Source of the DNA: an uncultured Planctomycetota bacterium
GTDB taxonomy: Bacteria > Planctomycetota > PLA2 > JAEUHO01
Direction: 5' to 3'
Length of the DNA stretch: 64,000 nt
Assembly: GCA_963752285.1 (NCBI GenBank)
Contig: CAVVXN010000003.1
Coordinates: forward strand, 96,001-160,000
The notes below the pieces were generated by a model, which was given only the letters and a program-made list of their open reading frames with translations, was not told the origin of the DNA and did no database searches. Position 1 is the first letter of the stretch. Each line of letters opens with the position of its first letter. This document shows, in pieces, positions 38,377 to 49,522 of this stretch. A program made the translations under genes and the position numbers.

Positions 38377-40509
38377 TTGCCCCGCCGCCTTCGACGAGTC
38401 CTCCTCCGCACCGGTCTCGTTGTCCTCGTCCTGGCGCTCGTCGGGCTCGTCGTCTTCTCGTGGATCGCCTACTGGCCTCTCGAGAGCCGCGTGGACCGAG
38501 TCGCCGCGCTGGTCCCCGGGGGCGTGGACTTCGTCATGCGGGCCTCGTGGCGGGGGCTCGAGGACACGGGGTGGATCCAGACGAACGTCCTCGACCACCC
38601 CCTCGTCTCCGAGCTCCGGGAGGGCGTGGTCGAGCTCAAGCGACAGCTGAAGCAGCTTCCCGAGATGGAGGCGCAGATCAACGCCCAGATCCCCCTGGGG
38701 ATCACGCACTTCTCCTTCGAGCAGGACGTCGTCCCCGACGAGATCGTCGCCGCCGGCCGCTGGTGCAGCGACGTCCGGCCGCCCCAGCCGCCCACGTGGT
38801 ACGAGATCCTCGTGCTGACGCGGGTGTCGTGGAAGACCCGCACGGCGGTCGCGGCGCTCCGCCACGGCTTCGTGCGCAACATGATGTCGCGCGACGTCAC
38901 GATCGACGACCTCGGCGACGGCGTGCTCCGGGTCACGGTCCACACGCTCCGCGTGTCGCCGCCCGCGATGCGCCGGTGCGGTGCCGGCCAGGAACGCGGT
39001 CCGGAGAACGTCTGGTACCTGACGCGGGTCCGGGACGTCCTCGCCGTCTCGAACGCGGAGAGCCTGATCCGTGGCGTCGTGGACCTCGCGGAGTTCCCCG
39101 GGAGCGGGCGGGCCTACGTGGACCGCCCGAACATCGACCTCGACCTCCGGCCCGGCGCGATCAGCGCGTCTTCCGACCTGAAGCCCCTGCAGGCGTACTT
39201 CTCCGACCTCCTGGGCGGCGCGGGGCCGCACGGCGGCGGCATCGACCCGCACGGGAGGTCCGGGCCCGCCGCGCCGACTGGGTCGCCCCTCGCGATCCTC
39301 TCGCGTTACGTGGCCCCGGCGTCCCTCGACCGCATGAACGGCGTGCTCTCGCTCCCGAGCACGGACCAGGTCCGCGGGCACGCCGAGATCCGCTACGTGG
39401 AGGACCGCCTCGCCCACGGCATGGAGGAGGTGTACCGGCTTCAGCCCGCGCCCACGCGGTCGGGCATCTCGAAGCTCGTCCCCGCCGCCGACACCTTCGG
39501 CGCGCTCCTCCTGAGGACGCCTCCCCTCCATCTGCTCCGCGGCATCAGCCAGGACGTGCTGAGCCCCTCGGAGCGGCAGCTCTGGGCGGACAACGCGCGC
39601 CGCCTCGGCTACCCCGACCTGGACGTCGTGCTCTCGGAATTCGCCGCGAAGCTTGACGACACGGCGGGCATCGCGATGGCCCGCATCTCCGACGTGTACG
39701 ACCACATGGACTACGACAAGTTCTTCCCGTCTCCGGGCGAGGGCTTCCACGATCCCAACCTCCCGGCGATCGCGATGATGGTCCGGCTGCGGCAGGACAC
39801 CTCGCCCGAGGAGTTCGACGCGTACCTGTCGAAGCGCGTCCCGCTCTTCGGTCTGAAGCCGGAGGTCGAGAAGGTCGAGTACAAGGGCCTCACGTACTCG
39901 CGTGGGCACCTCGAGGTGGAGGCCGCCGACTTCGCGGACATCTCGCCCGCCTGGATCCTCGCCCAGAACCACTTCATCTTCTCGAACAACGAGTCGTACT
40001 TCCGGAAGATCCTCGACACGCTCGTGGACCCGAAGGCCGCGCCGCCGCTCGCCGACGACCCCACGTTCCGCGCGGCCATGGACCAGCTTCCCGACGAGGT
40101 CCACGTCGCGCTCTACCTGAACCTCGCCCGCCTGTTCCAGGTCCCGCCCTCGTCCGCGCCGGGCGGGGAGCCCCGCGGCTTCCTCTGGGACCGACGGAAC
40201 CTCTGGGTCAACGCGAACCGGAACGAGTACGAGCCCGTGAAGCAGTTCGGCATCCAGCTCGGGAAGGAGCTCCAGGAGCGGAGCGGACGCCCGCTCACCG
40301 ACCAGCAGCTCGACGAGATCGACCGCCAAAAGGAGGCGTTCGCCAAGCAGTACGAGGGGCGCTACCCGGAGTTCATCGAGGAGCGGCGCCAGGAGCTCCT
40401 CGGGTACGGGCGGCTCCGGGCCCTCGGCGTGAGCTTCGTCGCGCGCCAGGAGACCCTGTACGCGGACCTCGGCCTCCTGCTCTCCCCCCCGCTCGGCGGC
40501 CTGAGATGA
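38377..40509 (+). CDS. Large hypothetical protein with N-terminal membrane anchor
   Basis: TTG start with GGAG SD; basic then hydrophobic N-terminus (RRVLLRTGLVVLVLALVGLVVFSW); about 710 aa of protein-like sequence. Confidence 0.8.
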   Translation: MPRRLRRVLLRTGLVVLVLALVGLVVFSWIAYWPLESRVDRVAALVPGGVDFVMRASWRGLEDTGWIQTNVLDHPLVSELREGVVELKRQLKQLPEMEAQINAQIPLGITHFSFEQDVVPDEIVAAGRWCSDVRPPQPPTWYEILVLTRVSWKTRTAVAALRHGFVRNMMSRDVTIDDLGDGVLRVTVHTLRVSPPAMRRCGAGQERGPENVWYLTRVRDVLAVSNAESLIRGVVDLAEFPGSGRAYVDRPNIDLDLRPGAISASSDLKPLQAYFSDLLGGAGPHGGGIDPHGRSGPAAPTGSPLAILSRYVAPASLDRMNGVLSLPSTDQVRGHAEIRYVEDRLAHGMEEVYRLQPAPTRSGISKLVPAADTFGALLLRTPPLHLLRGISQDVLSPSERQLWADNARRLGYPDLDVVLSEFAAKLDDTAGIAMARISDVYDHMDYDKFFPSPGEGFHDPNLPAIAMMVRLRQDTSPEEFDAYLSKRVPLFGLKPEVEKVEYKGLTYSRGHLEVEAADFADISPAWILAQNHFIFSNNESYFRKILDTLVDPKAAPPLADDPTFRAAMDQLPDEVHVALYLNLARLFQVPPSSAPGGEPRGFLWDRRNLWVNANRNEYEPVKQFGIQLGKELQERSGRPLTDQQLDEIDRQKEAFAKQYEGRYPEFIEERRQELLGYGRLRALGVSFVARQETLYADLGLLLSPPLGGLR

Positions 40510-40600
40510 GCGGGCGCCGCGGACGGCGGACGCCCGCCCCGGGCGGCGCTCCGGCCGGGGCGCGCGGGCCCGGCGCCGCGCTCCCGGCGGCCGGGTCGTC

Positions 40601-40628
40601 TTGACACGGACGGCCTCGGGACTACGCT
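40601..40628 (+). promoter_or_regulatory. Sigma70 promoter of tRNA-Leu
   Basis: Consensus TTGACA (40601-40606), 16 nt, TACGCT (40623-40628), 11 nt before the tRNA. Confidence 0.75.
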
Positions 40629-40639
40629 TCCGGCCCGTC

Positions 40640-40728
<89 letters not shown>

Positions 40729-40988
40729 TCGCCATGGGGCTTTTGCCCGGCCCCCGGGCGCCGCGCTCGCCCCGGGCCGTACACGTGGGGAGCCCCCGGG
40801 GGCGGTATCTTGGGCCGGTCGCCCAGGGGGGCGCGCGACCGGGAGGTGGCGGACGCCGAGAGCGGGTTTCGCACCGGTCCGGGCTCCAGAGGGCGGGCGG
40901 ACGGGCCGATCTTCCAGCACGAAGCGACCCCGGCCCCCGGCCAGGGCACGCGACCTCCATCGATGGCTGTTTCCCGGGAGGAGGATCC

Positions 40989-41963
40989 ATGGGTATCCGG
41001 AGATGTACGTTCCTCGCGACGGGCCTCGTCGTCGGGCTTGCGCTCGCCGCCTGCACGTCGTCGGGCGCCTGCAGCACCTGCGCCGCGCCCGTGCCGCAGC
41101 CGGCGCCGTTAAGCACCCCCTGCGCCGTGCCGGCTCAGACGCCGTGCGCGGTCCAGCCGACCGACGCGCCCCGGCCGCCGAACGCCCAGCCCGGCGAGGT
41201 CTGGTGCTACGTGCGCGTCCCGGCGGTCACGCGGACCGTCGAGGAGCCCGTCTGCATCCAGCCCGCCACCTGCCGGCAGGAGTGGGTTCCGCCGGTCACC
41301 GAGAACGTCGACGAGCAGGTGTGCGTCCAGCCCGAGCAGGTGGTGAAGCACCCCGTTGCCGCCCAGTACCAGACCGTCTGCGAGCAGGTCCTGACCTGCC
41401 CGGGACGCGCTGAGTGGCGCCGGGTCAACTGCGAGCCGAAGAGCCTCGGCGAGGGCGAGCAGCTCGGCGAGTGCTGGAGCCTCGTGGAGGTGCCGCCGGT
41501 CTACGAGCAGCGGTCGCACCAGGTCTGCGTGACGCCGGAGTCGTGCACCGAGGAGGTCATCCCGGCGCGCTACGAGACCCGGACCCACGAGGTCGTGAAG
41601 GAGGCGGGGTACTGGAAGGACGTGCAGGTGCCCGCCGTCTACGACACGCGCTGCCGCGAGGAGCAGGTGTGCCCCGCGCGCTGGGAGTGGCGCCGCACGA
41701 CCGAGTGCGAGGTGCCGGGCGTGACCGGGTCTTCCCAGCCCGCCGCGGCGCCCCTGGCTTCCCCGGACGGCGGCCCGGCGCCGAGCGACATGCAGGGCCC
41801 GAGCCCGGATCTCCCGCCGACCGGGACCCTCCCGCCGGCCGAGACCGCTCCGAGCGACGACATGGGGCCGCCGCCGGCCGAGGCGCCTGTGTCCCCCGAC
41901 GACGCCGCGCCGGGCGCGACCGAGACGCTGCCGCCCGCGGACCCGTTCGCGCCTACGCGCTGA
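40989..41963 (+). CDS. Cys/Pro/Val-rich repeat lipoprotein
   Basis: GGAGG SD, lipobox LAAC, six 23-aa VPxxYxxxxxxV repeats, 19 Cys, acidic Pro-rich tail. Confidence 0.85.
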   Translation: MGIRRCTFLATGLVVGLALAACTSSGACSTCAAPVPQPAPLSTPCAVPAQTPCAVQPTDAPRPPNAQPGEVWCYVRVPAVTRTVEEPVCIQPATCRQEWVPPVTENVDEQVCVQPEQVVKHPVAAQYQTVCEQVLTCPGRAEWRRVNCEPKSLGEGEQLGECWSLVEVPPVYEQRSHQVCVTPESCTEEVIPARYETRTHEVVKEAGYWKDVQVPAVYDTRCREEQVCPARWEWRRTTECEVPGVTGSSQPAAAPLASPDGGPAPSDMQGPSPDLPPTGTLPPAETAPSDDMGPPPAEAPVSPDDAAPGATETLPPADPFAPTR

Positions 41964-42123
41964 CGGTCCGGACGCGACCCGCCGGCCCCGACGCGGACCG
42001 GCTCCCATCGGACGGGCCCCGAACGCGGGGCCCGTTCGCGTTGCTACGCTCCGCCTCGCGCGCCGCCCCGGGCCTCGCCGAGCGCGGACCGGGGCGGGGA
42101 GGCGCGGGGAGCGGAACGGGGCC

Positions 42124-44478
42124 GTGCGATCGAACCACCTGGCCGGGGCCCGGAGCCCCTACCTCGCGCAGCACGCCGGGAACCCGGTGGACTGGTTCCC
42201 GTGGGGCGCCGACGCCTTTCGGCGGGCGCGTGCGCTCGACCGGCCCGTGCTCCTCTCGGTGGGCTACGCCGCGTGCCACTGGTGCCACGTCATGGCGCAC
42301 GAGTCCTTCGAGGACGAGGCGACGGCCCGGCTCCTCGACGAGACGTTCGTGTGCGTGAAGGTGGACCGCGAGGAGCGGCCCGACGTGGACGCGCTCTACA
42401 TGGAGGCCGTCCACGTCCTGTCGGGCCGGGGCGGCTGGCCGATGACCGTCCTCCTGACGCCCGAGGGCGCGCCGTTCTGGGCGGGGACCTACCTCCCGCG
42501 GGCGCACCTCCAGCAGCTCGCGGAGCAGGTCGGCGTCCTCTGGCAGACGGACGCGGAACGGCTCCGCGCCAAGGCCGGTCAGGTGGCGGAGCGCGTCCGG
42601 GACCTGACGGCGGGCCTCGCCTACGCGGAGCCGTTCACCGGCTCCGACACCGACCTCCTCGGCGTCCTCGACGCGGCGCTCTCCGAGGCGTTCGACGAGC
42701 GCCGCGGGGGGTACGGCGGCCGGCCCCGCTTCCCTCCCCACGCCGAGCTCCTCTACCTCCTCGACCGGGCCGAGCGACCCGGGGGCGCGGCGCGGGCCGA
42801 CGAAGCGCGGACCACGCTCCTCGCGATGGCGGACGGCGGGATCCACGACCACCTCGCCGGCGGCTTCCACCGGTACAGCACGGACGCGGACTGGCTCCTG
42901 CCGCACTTCGAGAAGATGCTCTACGACAACGCCCTCCTCACGCAGGCGTACGCGCGCGCGGCCGGGGTCCTCGGCGAGGCCCGGTTCGCCGAGGTCGCCC
43001 AGGGGATCCTCGCCTGGGTGCGCCGCGAGATGTCCGTTCCCGGCGGGGGCTTCGCGTCGAGCCTCGACGCGGACACCGAGGGCGAGGAGGGGCGCACGTA
43101 CACGTGGAGCCTCGCCGAGGTCGAGGCGGCGCTCCCGGCGGCGGACGTGGCGCTCGCCGTCCGCGCGTACGGCGTCCTGCCGGACGGGAACTTCCGGGAA
43201 GAGGCGACCGGTCGCCGCACGGGCCAGAACGTCCTCTACCGTCCGGAGCGTCTCCCGGACCTGGCCCGCGCGCTCGGCTGTCCCCCCGCCGAGGTCGCGG
43301 ACCGGCTCGCCGGCGTCCGGGCACGCCTGCTCGCGGCGCGCGCGAGGAGGCCGCGCCCCGGCCGCGACGACAAGGTGCTGACGGCCTGGAACGGGCTCCT
43401 CCTCTCCGCGTTCGCGACCGTCGGGGCGCGGCTCGGCGACGCCGAGGCGCTGGACGACGGCCGCCGGCTCGCCCGTGCCCTCCTCGACGGCTCGCGTCGG
43501 GGCGACGGGACGGTGCTCCGCTTCCCGCGCGGCAGCGGCCCGGAGATCCCCGGCTTCGCCGACGACCACGTGCACCTCGCCGAAGGCCTCCTCGACCTCT
43601 CGGACGCCACCGGCGACCCGACCTGGGCCGCGACCGCGCGCGACGTCGCCGAGCGACTCCGGCGGGGCTTCGAGGATCCCGACGCCGGCGGGTTCTTCAC
43701 GACCTCGGCGCTCGACCACGAGACGCTCTTCGCGCGGAGGAAGGAGTCGTTCGACGGCCCCATCCCCTCCGAGAACGGGACCGCCGCCCGTGTGTTCCTC
43801 CGTCTCTTCGCCCGGACGGGAGAGACGGCGTACCGGCACGCCGCCGACCGGGCGCTCGCCCTGTGGCGCCCCCTGATGGCGAACCCGCGGGCCGCCCGCG
43901 GGATGGCCGCGCTCCACCGCGCCCTCGCGACGCGGGTGGCGCTCGACGAGGCGACCGGCGCCGCGCCCGCGTCCGGCGACGCCACGGCGCGCGCCGAGGG
44001 CGTGCAGGTGGACGCGTTCCTCGAGCGGGCCGAGACCCGCCCCGGCGGGACGGTGCGCCTCGCGTTGCGCGTCCTCCTCGACCCGGGATGGCACGCCGCG
44101 GACCGTCCCGGCGGAGGCGGTCCCGTCGCGGTCGCGCTGGCCGAGGGCGCGCCCGTCGGCCTCGCCGACGTCCGGGTCGAGGGGGCCGGGGACGGGGCGC
44201 CGCGATCCCCGGACCGTGCGGAGGGCGCCCTCTGGGTCCGGGCGCGTCTCGACGTCCCGCTCGACGCGTCGCGCGGGCCCCGGCGGGTGCCGCTGGTCGT
44301 GCGCGTCCAGCCGTGCAGCGAGACGGCGTGTCTCGAGGACGCGGCGCTGTCACTCTCCGTGCCGCTCCGGTTCGGCGCGGAAGACGGACCCGCACGGCAC
44401 CCCCGGGCGTTTCGATCGAGCGCGCCGGAGGGGGACGCTCCCGTCGCGGAGGAGTCGTCGCCCGGTCCGGGCGCGTAG
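42124..44478 (+). CDS. YyaL/SSP411 (DUF255) thioredoxin-domain protein with a C-terminal DsbD-N-like extension
   Basis: [70 protein letters not shown]-terminal LDPGWH...QPCSETACL. Confidence 0.92.
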   Translation: MRSNHLAGARSPYLAQHAGNPVDWFPWGADAFRRARALDRPVLLSVGYAACHWCHVMAHESFEDEATARLLDETFVCVKVDREERPDVDALYMEAVHVLSGRGGWPMTVLLTPEGAPFWAGTYLPRAHLQQLAEQVGVLWQTDAERLRAKAGQVAERVRDLTAGLAYAEPFTGSDTDLLGVLDAALSEAFDERRGGYGGRPRFPPHAELLYLLDRAERPGGAARADEARTTLLAMADGGIHDHLAGGFHRYSTDADWLLPHFEKMLYDNALLTQAYARAAGVLGEARFAEVAQGILAWVRREMSVPGGGFASSLDADTEGEEGRTYTWSLAEVEAALPAADVALAVRAYGVLPDGNFREEATGRRTGQNVLYRPERLPDLARALGCPPAEVADRLAGVRARLLAARARRPRPGRDDKVLTAWNGLLLSAFATVGARLGDAEALDDGRRLARALLDGSRRGDGTVLRFPRGSGPEIPGFADDHVHLAEGLLDLSDATGDPTWAATARDVAERLRRGFEDPDAGGFFTTSALDHETLFARRKESFDGPIPSENGTAARVFLRLFARTGETAYRHAADRALALWRPLMANPRAARGMAALHRALATRVALDEATGAAPASGDATARAEGVQVDAFLERAETRPGGTVRLALRVLLDPGWHAADRPGGGGPVAVALAEGAPVGLADVRVEGAGDGAPRSPDRAEGALWVRARLDVPLDASRGPRRVPLVVRVQPCSETACLEDAALSLSVPLRFGAEDGPARHPRAFRSSAPEGDAPVAEESSPGPGA

Positions 44479-44503
44479 GGTGGGCCGCCGCGAGGGAGAG
44501 GCC

Positions 44504-44917
44504 ATGTCGGAAGCCGATCAGGTCGTCCGTGTGCGGCTCGAGGGCGGGTTCTACACGGAGGGCCTCTCGGGCCCCCACGTGGTCGCCATGGACGAGCCGG
44601 AGTCGGTCGGCGGGACGTTCCGGGGCCCGACGCCGATGCGGATGCTGCTCCTCGCGCTGGGCGGCTGCTCGGCGATCACGCTCCGCCTGTACGCGTCGCG
44701 GAAGGGCTGGGACCTCCGGTCGGTGGACGTCGCCGTGACGCTCACGCCCGCCCGCGGGAAGGAGCCCGCGCGTCTGGAGCAGGAGCTCACCCTCGACGGC
44801 GACCTCGACGACGAGCAGCGTGCCCGACTCCTCGAGATCGCGGGTCGGTGCCCCGTGCACAAGCTGCTGGAGGGGCCGGTCGTGACGGACGAGCGTCTGG
44901 CGCGAGGTCCCGGATGA
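44504..44917 (+). CDS. OsmC family protein
   Basis: DEPESVGG...[35 protein letters not shown]. Confidence 0.92.
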   Translation: MSEADQVVRVRLEGGFYTEGLSGPHVVAMDEPESVGGTFRGPTPMRMLLLALGGCSAITLRLYASRKGWDLRSVDVAVTLTPARGKEPARLEQELTLDGDLDDEQRARLLEIAGRCPVHKLLEGPVVTDERLARGPG

Positions 44918-45273
44918 CCGAGCCCCTCGCGACGTTCGACAACCCGGCCCCGGACCGCGACTACGAGATCGTCCACACGGCGCACGAGTTCACGTCGCTC
45001 TGCCCGAAGACGGGCCAGCCCGACTTCGCGCGACTGGTGCTGACGTACGTTCCGGACCGCACGTGCGTCGAGCTGAGGAGCCTGAAGCTCTACCTCCAGT
45101 CCTACCGCTCGCGGGGCGTCTTCTACGAGGCGCTGGTGAACGAGATCCTCGGTGACCTCGTGCGCGCGCTCTCGCCGCGGCGGCTGGAGGTGCGCGGGGA
45201 GTTCACGGTGCGAGGCGGCATCTCGAGCGTCGTCGTCGCGCGGCACCCCGACGCCGGGGGGAGGACCGGGTGA
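44914..45273 (+). CDS. queF: NADPH-dependent 7-cyano-7-deazaguanine (preQ0) reductase, type I
   Basis: [34 protein letters not shown]. Confidence 0.95.
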   Translation: MTEPLATFDNPAPDRDYEIVHTAHEFTSLCPKTGQPDFARLVLTYVPDRTCVELRSLKLYLQSYRSRGVFYEALVNEILGDLVRALSPRRLEVRGEFTVRGGISSVVVARHPDAGGRTG

Positions 45274-46580
45274 ACGCGGACCGACCGGAGGACGACGGCG
45301 CGCTGCGGCGCGAGCTCGCCCGGGCGCGCCGGCTCGTGGAGGCCTCGTACGCGCTCCACACGACGCTCGACCTCGACGAGCTGCTGAGCCTCATCCTCGA
45401 CGCGGCGCGGGGCGGGGTGGACGCCGAGCGGGGGACGGTCTTCCTCTTGACGCCCGAGGGCGACCAGCTCTGGTCGCGCGTCGCGAGCGGCGACGAGAGC
45501 CTCGAGATCCACCTGCCCGTGGGGCAGGGGATCGCCGGGAGCGTCGCGGCGACCGGCAAGACGCTGAACCTCGACGACGCGTACGCCGACCCGCGCTTCG
45601 ACCGGTCGTGGGACGCCAAGTCGGGATTCCGCACGCGCCAGCTCCTGACCGCGCCGATCCGCAACCGCGAGGGCCAGGTCGTCGGCGTGTTCCAGCTCCT
45701 GAACAAGCGGCACGGGCGGTTCGACCGGGAGGACGAGGGGTTCCTCGACGCGCTCTCCATGCACGCCGCGCTGGCGGTCGAGAACGCGCGGCTGCACCGC
45801 GCCGCGCTGGAGAAGGAGCGACAGGACCGCGAGATCCGGCTCGTGCAGAAGGTGCAGCGCGCCTACCAGCCCGAGCGGCTCGACCTGTCGCGGGGCGTGC
45901 TCCAGTGCTCCGGCTTGAACCAGCTCTGCGAGCACGCGAGCGGAGACTACTACGACGCGTTCGAGCTTCCCGACGGCCGCGGTGTGGTGGTGATCGGCGA
46001 CGTGTCGGGGCACGGGCTGGGCGCCGCGCTCGTGATGGCGCAGGCCCGCGCGCTCCTCCACGCGCTCGCGCCGACGTGCCCCGACCCCCCGCAGCTCGTC
46101 GCGATGCTGAACGACTTCCTCGCCCGGGACATGACGGACGGTCGCTTCATGACCCTGTTCGTCACGGTCGTGGATCTCGCGACCGGCACGCTCGAGTGGA
46201 ACAGCGCGGGCCATCCGCCCCCGCTCCTGGTCCGCGCCGCGACGGGCGCGGTCGAACGCCTCGGCGCGCAGGGGCTCGTCCTGGGCGTGCTCCGCGGGGC
46301 GACGTACCCCGCGACCGAGCCCTGCCGGCTGGAGCCCGGCGACGTCCTCCTCCTCTACACGGACGGCGCCACGGAGGCGCGCGACCCCGGGGGGCAGATG
46401 CTCGAGGAGGCCGGACTCGCGCGCGTCCTCGCCTCGCTCGCGGGACGGGACGCGCCCGGGGTCCTCGACGGGATCCGCGACGCGCTCGTCGAGTGGACGG
46501 GCCGCACGAGCTTCGACGACGACCTCACGCTCGTCGCCCTGAGGCGGGTGGCGTCCGATCAGGCCCCGGCCGCGTCGTAG
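45270..46580 (+). CDS. GAF domain + SpoIIE/RsbU-type PP2C phosphatase
   Basis: GAF (GQGIAG.VA.TG..LN..DAY.DPRF, LLNK) then [34 protein letters not shown]. Confidence 0.93.
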   Translation: MNADRPEDDGALRRELARARRLVEASYALHTTLDLDELLSLILDAARGGVDAERGTVFLLTPEGDQLWSRVASGDESLEIHLPVGQGIAGSVAATGKTLNLDDAYADPRFDRSWDAKSGFRTRQLLTAPIRNREGQVVGVFQLLNKRHGRFDREDEGFLDALSMHAALAVENARLHRAALEKERQDREIRLVQKVQRAYQPERLDLSRGVLQCSGLNQLCEHASGDYYDAFELPDGRGVVVIGDVSGHGLGAALVMAQARALLHALAPTCPDPPQLVAMLNDFLARDMTDGRFMTLFVTVVDLATGTLEWNSAGHPPPLLVRAATGAVERLGAQGLVLGVLRGATYPATEPCRLEPGDVLLLYTDGATEARDPGGQMLEEAGLARVLASLAGRDAPGVLDGIRDALVEWTGRTSFDDDLTLVALRRVASDQAPAAS

Positions 46581-47806
46581 AGGCGGACCTCCACCTCCGC
46601 GCCCTCCGCGTAGCCCTCGAGGTCCCGCGGCACGAGCAGGTAGCCGTCCGCCTCGGTCGTGGACGAGAGGATGGACGCCCCGCGCGCCATGATCGGTCGG
46701 GCCTCCGCGCCGGCGACCGCCACCCGCACGTAGTCCACGCGGCCGAGCGCGCTCGCGACCTTCGCCACGAGCCGCACGCGGCGGCGCGGGTACGGCGGCT
46801 CCGGGCCCCGGCCCGCGAGGCGGCGGACGAGACGGCCGGCGAAGAGGTCGTACGCGCACAGGCACGACACCGGGTTCCCGGGGAGCAGGAACACCGCGCG
46901 GCCGCCCAGCCGGCCCGCACCCGCCGGCGAAGCGGGCCGGAGCGCCACCCCGTGGAAGCGGAGCTCCCCGTCGCGGGCCAGGATCGTCGGCGCGTGGTCC
47001 TCCTGGCCAACGCTCGAGCCGCCCGTGACGAGGAGCGCGTCCCCCGGCGCCTCCGCCATCGCGCGGGCCACCTCGACGGCGTCGTCGCGGACCCGTTGCG
47101 CGAGGGCCACCTCGCCGCCGTCGCGCCGGACGAGCGCCGCGAGCATCGGCGAGTTCGCGTCGGCGATCGACGATCCCGACGGGCGTGTCCCGGGCGGGAG
47201 GAGCTCGTCGCCCGTCGCCACGATCGCGACCCGGGGCCGCCGACGGACCCCGAGCGTGCCCCGCCCCACGGAGGCGGCGAGCCCCACGTCCTGCGGGCGG
47301 AGGCAGCGGCCCGCGGCGAGGAGCAGACGCCCGGCGCGAACGTCTTCCCCGCGGGGGCCCACGTGCCGTCCGGGCGGGACGCCCGCGCGCGCCTCGAGGG
47401 CGGCGTCGCGCTCCTCGCCGTGCTCCGCCGGCAGCACGGCGTCCGCGCCCGCCGGCATCGGCGCGCCGGTCATGATGCGCACGGCCTCGCCCGGCCCCAC
47501 GGCGCACGGGCACGGTCGTCCGGGGAGCGCGACCCCGACGACGGAGAGGGGGAGCGCCTCGGTCTCGCTCGCGCCGAGCGTGTCGGCGCCCCGGACCGCC
47601 CACCCGTCCATCTGGGCCCGGTCGAACGAGGGCACGTCCACGTCGCTTCGGAGGTCCTCGGCGAGGACGCGGCCCGCGGCCTCCTCGAGCGCGGCGGGCC
47701 CGACGTCGAGCGCCACGTCGAGCCCGTCCACCCAGGCCTGGAGCTCCTCGACGGTCCGCCGGTCCCGGAACCCGCGCATGCGGACGTCTTCGGGGCCCGA
47801 CGCCAC
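46559..47806 (-). CDS. moeA: Molybdopterin molybdotransferase (gephyrin-like)
   Basis: GRVLAED, FDRAQMDGWAV, IMTGAPMP.GADAV, TGDEL, TGGSSVG..D, LPGNPVS. Confidence 0.93.
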   Translation of the reverse strand: MASGPEDVRMRGFRDRRTVEELQAWVDGLDVALDVGPAALEEAAGRVLAEDLRSDVDVPSFDRAQMDGWAVRGADTLGASETEALPLSVVGVALPGRPCPCAVGPGEAVRIMTGAPMPAGADAVLPAEHGEERDAALEARAGVPPGRHVGPRGEDVRAGRLLLAAGRCLRPQDVGLAASVGRGTLGVRRRPRVAIVATGDELLPPGTRPSGSSIADANSPMLAALVRRDGGEVALAQRVRDDAVEVARAMAEAPGDALLVTGGSSVGQEDHAPTILARDGELRFHGVALRPASPAGAGRLGGRAVFLLPGNPVSCLCAYDLFAGRLVRRLAGRGPEPPYPRRRVRLVAKVASALGRVDYVRVAVAGAEARPIMARGASILSSTTEADGYLLVPRDLEGYAEGAEVEVRLYDAAGA

Positions 47807-49435
47807 CTACGGGCCGGGCTCGGGAGACGTCTCGGGGAACCGCGCGGCCACGGCCGGGAAGAGCCGGAACAGCGCGGTGGCGGGGCTCAGCGCCACCTGT
47901 CCGAGGCCGCAGATGGACGTGAGTCGCAAGGTCTCCTCGAGCTCCTCCAGGAGCGCGCGCTCGCCGCCCACGGCGCGGCCCTCGAGGACGCGGTCGAGGA
48001 TCTCGACGCCCTTTGCCGAGCCGACGCGGCACGGCACGCACTTGCCGCACGACTCGTTCTCGAAGAACCGGACGACGTTCGTCGCGAGGTCGAGGAGGTC
48101 CGTGCCCTCCGCCACGACGAGGACGGCTCCGCTCCCGAGCATGCTGCCGGCCTTCTGGACGGACTCGAAGTCGAGGGGCACGTCGGCGAGCGACGCCGGG
48201 AGGAACGGCGCGCTGGCGCCGCCCGGCGAGAACGCGAGCATCGGCGCGCCGCCGCGCATCCCGCCGCCGTGCCGGTCCACGAGCTCCCGGACGGTCGTAC
48301 CGAGCGGGACGCAGTACACGCCCGGTCGCTCCACGTGTCCGCAGAGCGAGAGGAACTTCCAACCCGACGCGCCGTTCACGCCGTGCGCGCGCCAGCCCTC
48401 GGCGCCTTCCGCCAGGATGGTCGGGACGTACGAGTAGGTCTCGACGTTGTTGATGAGCGTGGGGCGTCCGAAGAGGCCGTGGTCTCCGGGGTACGGGGGC
48501 TTGTTCCTCGGCTCGCCGCGCTTGCCCTCGAGCGCCTCGAGGAGCGCGGTCTCCTCGCCCAAGATGTACCCGCCGGGCGAGACGAACACCTCGACCGAGA
48601 CGCCGGCCCGTTCGAGGATCCCCGCGTCCCGGGCGCGCGCGACCTCGCGCTCGACGGCCTTCGTCTCGCGCGTGTACTCGTGCCGCACGTAGATCGTGGC
48701 GTGAGAGGCGCCGGTCACCACGCATCCGAGCAGGAGCCCCTCGAGCACGAGGTGCGGCAGCTCTTCGAGGACGACGCGGTCCTTGAACGTCCCGGGCTCG
48801 GACTCGTCCGCGTTCACGATCGCGTGCTTCGGCTGGCCCTTCGCGTCGCGCACGAGACGCCACTTCACCCCGGTCGGGAACCCGGCGCCCCCCATGCCAC
48901 GCAGGCCCGCGCGCTCGAGCGCCGCGGGGATCTCCGTCCGCGCGCGCTCGGGGTCGGCGAGCGCGCGCTCGAGCATGGCGTAGCGCTTCGACGCGTCCGG
49001 ATAGGGGTCGGAGGGCCAGCGCTTCGGCGCGCTCGTCGGCTCGTCGGGCGGCAAGGGGCGCTCGCCCCGGGCCGTCGCCGCGACGTCGGCGGCCGAGACG
49101 GGTCCGAGCGGCACGTCGTCGACCGACGCCGCGGGGGCGTGCTCGCATCGTCCGAGGCACGACACCTCGCGGACCTCCACGCCGGACGCGCCGGCGAGCG
49201 CGGCCCGGACCTCGCGCGCGAAGCCGCGCGCGCCCGCCAAGTGGCACGCCGCGTCGCGGCAGAGCGAGACCGTCGTCTGGGGCGGCGGCGCGAGTCGATA
49301 GTGCGGATAGAAGCTCGCGACCTCCTGCAGGCGGTAGAGCGGGACGCCCTCCTCCTCCGCGAAGCGCCGGAGCGCGTCTTCGGGGAGCCAGCCGAGTCGA
49401 TGCTGGATCTCGTTCAGGCGAAGCAGGAGGTTCAT
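47807..49435 (-). CDS. NuoE-NuoF fusion flavoprotein (NADH dehydrogenase/diaphorase module; FdsGB/HoxF-like)
   Basis: N-terminal VASFYPHY and CRDAAC...CLGRC (2Fe-2S); GLRGMGGAGFPTG.KW, NADESEPGTFKDR, YILGEETALLE.LEG, NNVET, ESCGKCVPCR...CGLG (4Fe-4S). Confidence 0.9.
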   Translation of the reverse strand: MNLLLRLNEIQHRLGWLPEDALRRFAEEEGVPLYRLQEVASFYPHYRLAPPPQTTVSLCRDAACHLAGARGFAREVRAALAGASGVEVREVSCLGRCEHAPAASVDDVPLGPVSAADVAATARGERPLPPDEPTSAPKRWPSDPYPDASKRYAMLERALADPERARTEIPAALERAGLRGMGGAGFPTGVKWRLVRDAKGQPKHAIVNADESEPGTFKDRVVLEELPHLVLEGLLLGCVVTGASHATIYVRHEYTRETKAVEREVARARDAGILERAGVSVEVFVSPGGYILGEETALLEALEGKRGEPRNKPPYPGDHGLFGRPTLINNVETYSYVPTILAEGAEGWRAHGVNGASGWKFLSLCGHVERPGVYCVPLGTTVRELVDRHGGGMRGGAPMLAFSPGGASAPFLPASLADVPLDFESVQKAGSMLGSGAVLVVAEGTDLLDLATNVVRFFENESCGKCVPCRVGSAKGVEILDRVLEGRAVGGERALLEELEETLRLTSICGLGQVALSPATALFRLFPAVAARFPETSPEPGP

Positions 49436-49522
49436 CGGGCGGAGGATACCGCCATCCGGGAGAACGGGGGCGGCCGGGGGCAGGCGCCGGGAGGCGTCCG
49501 GACCTCGGTCGCCGAGCCGAGC

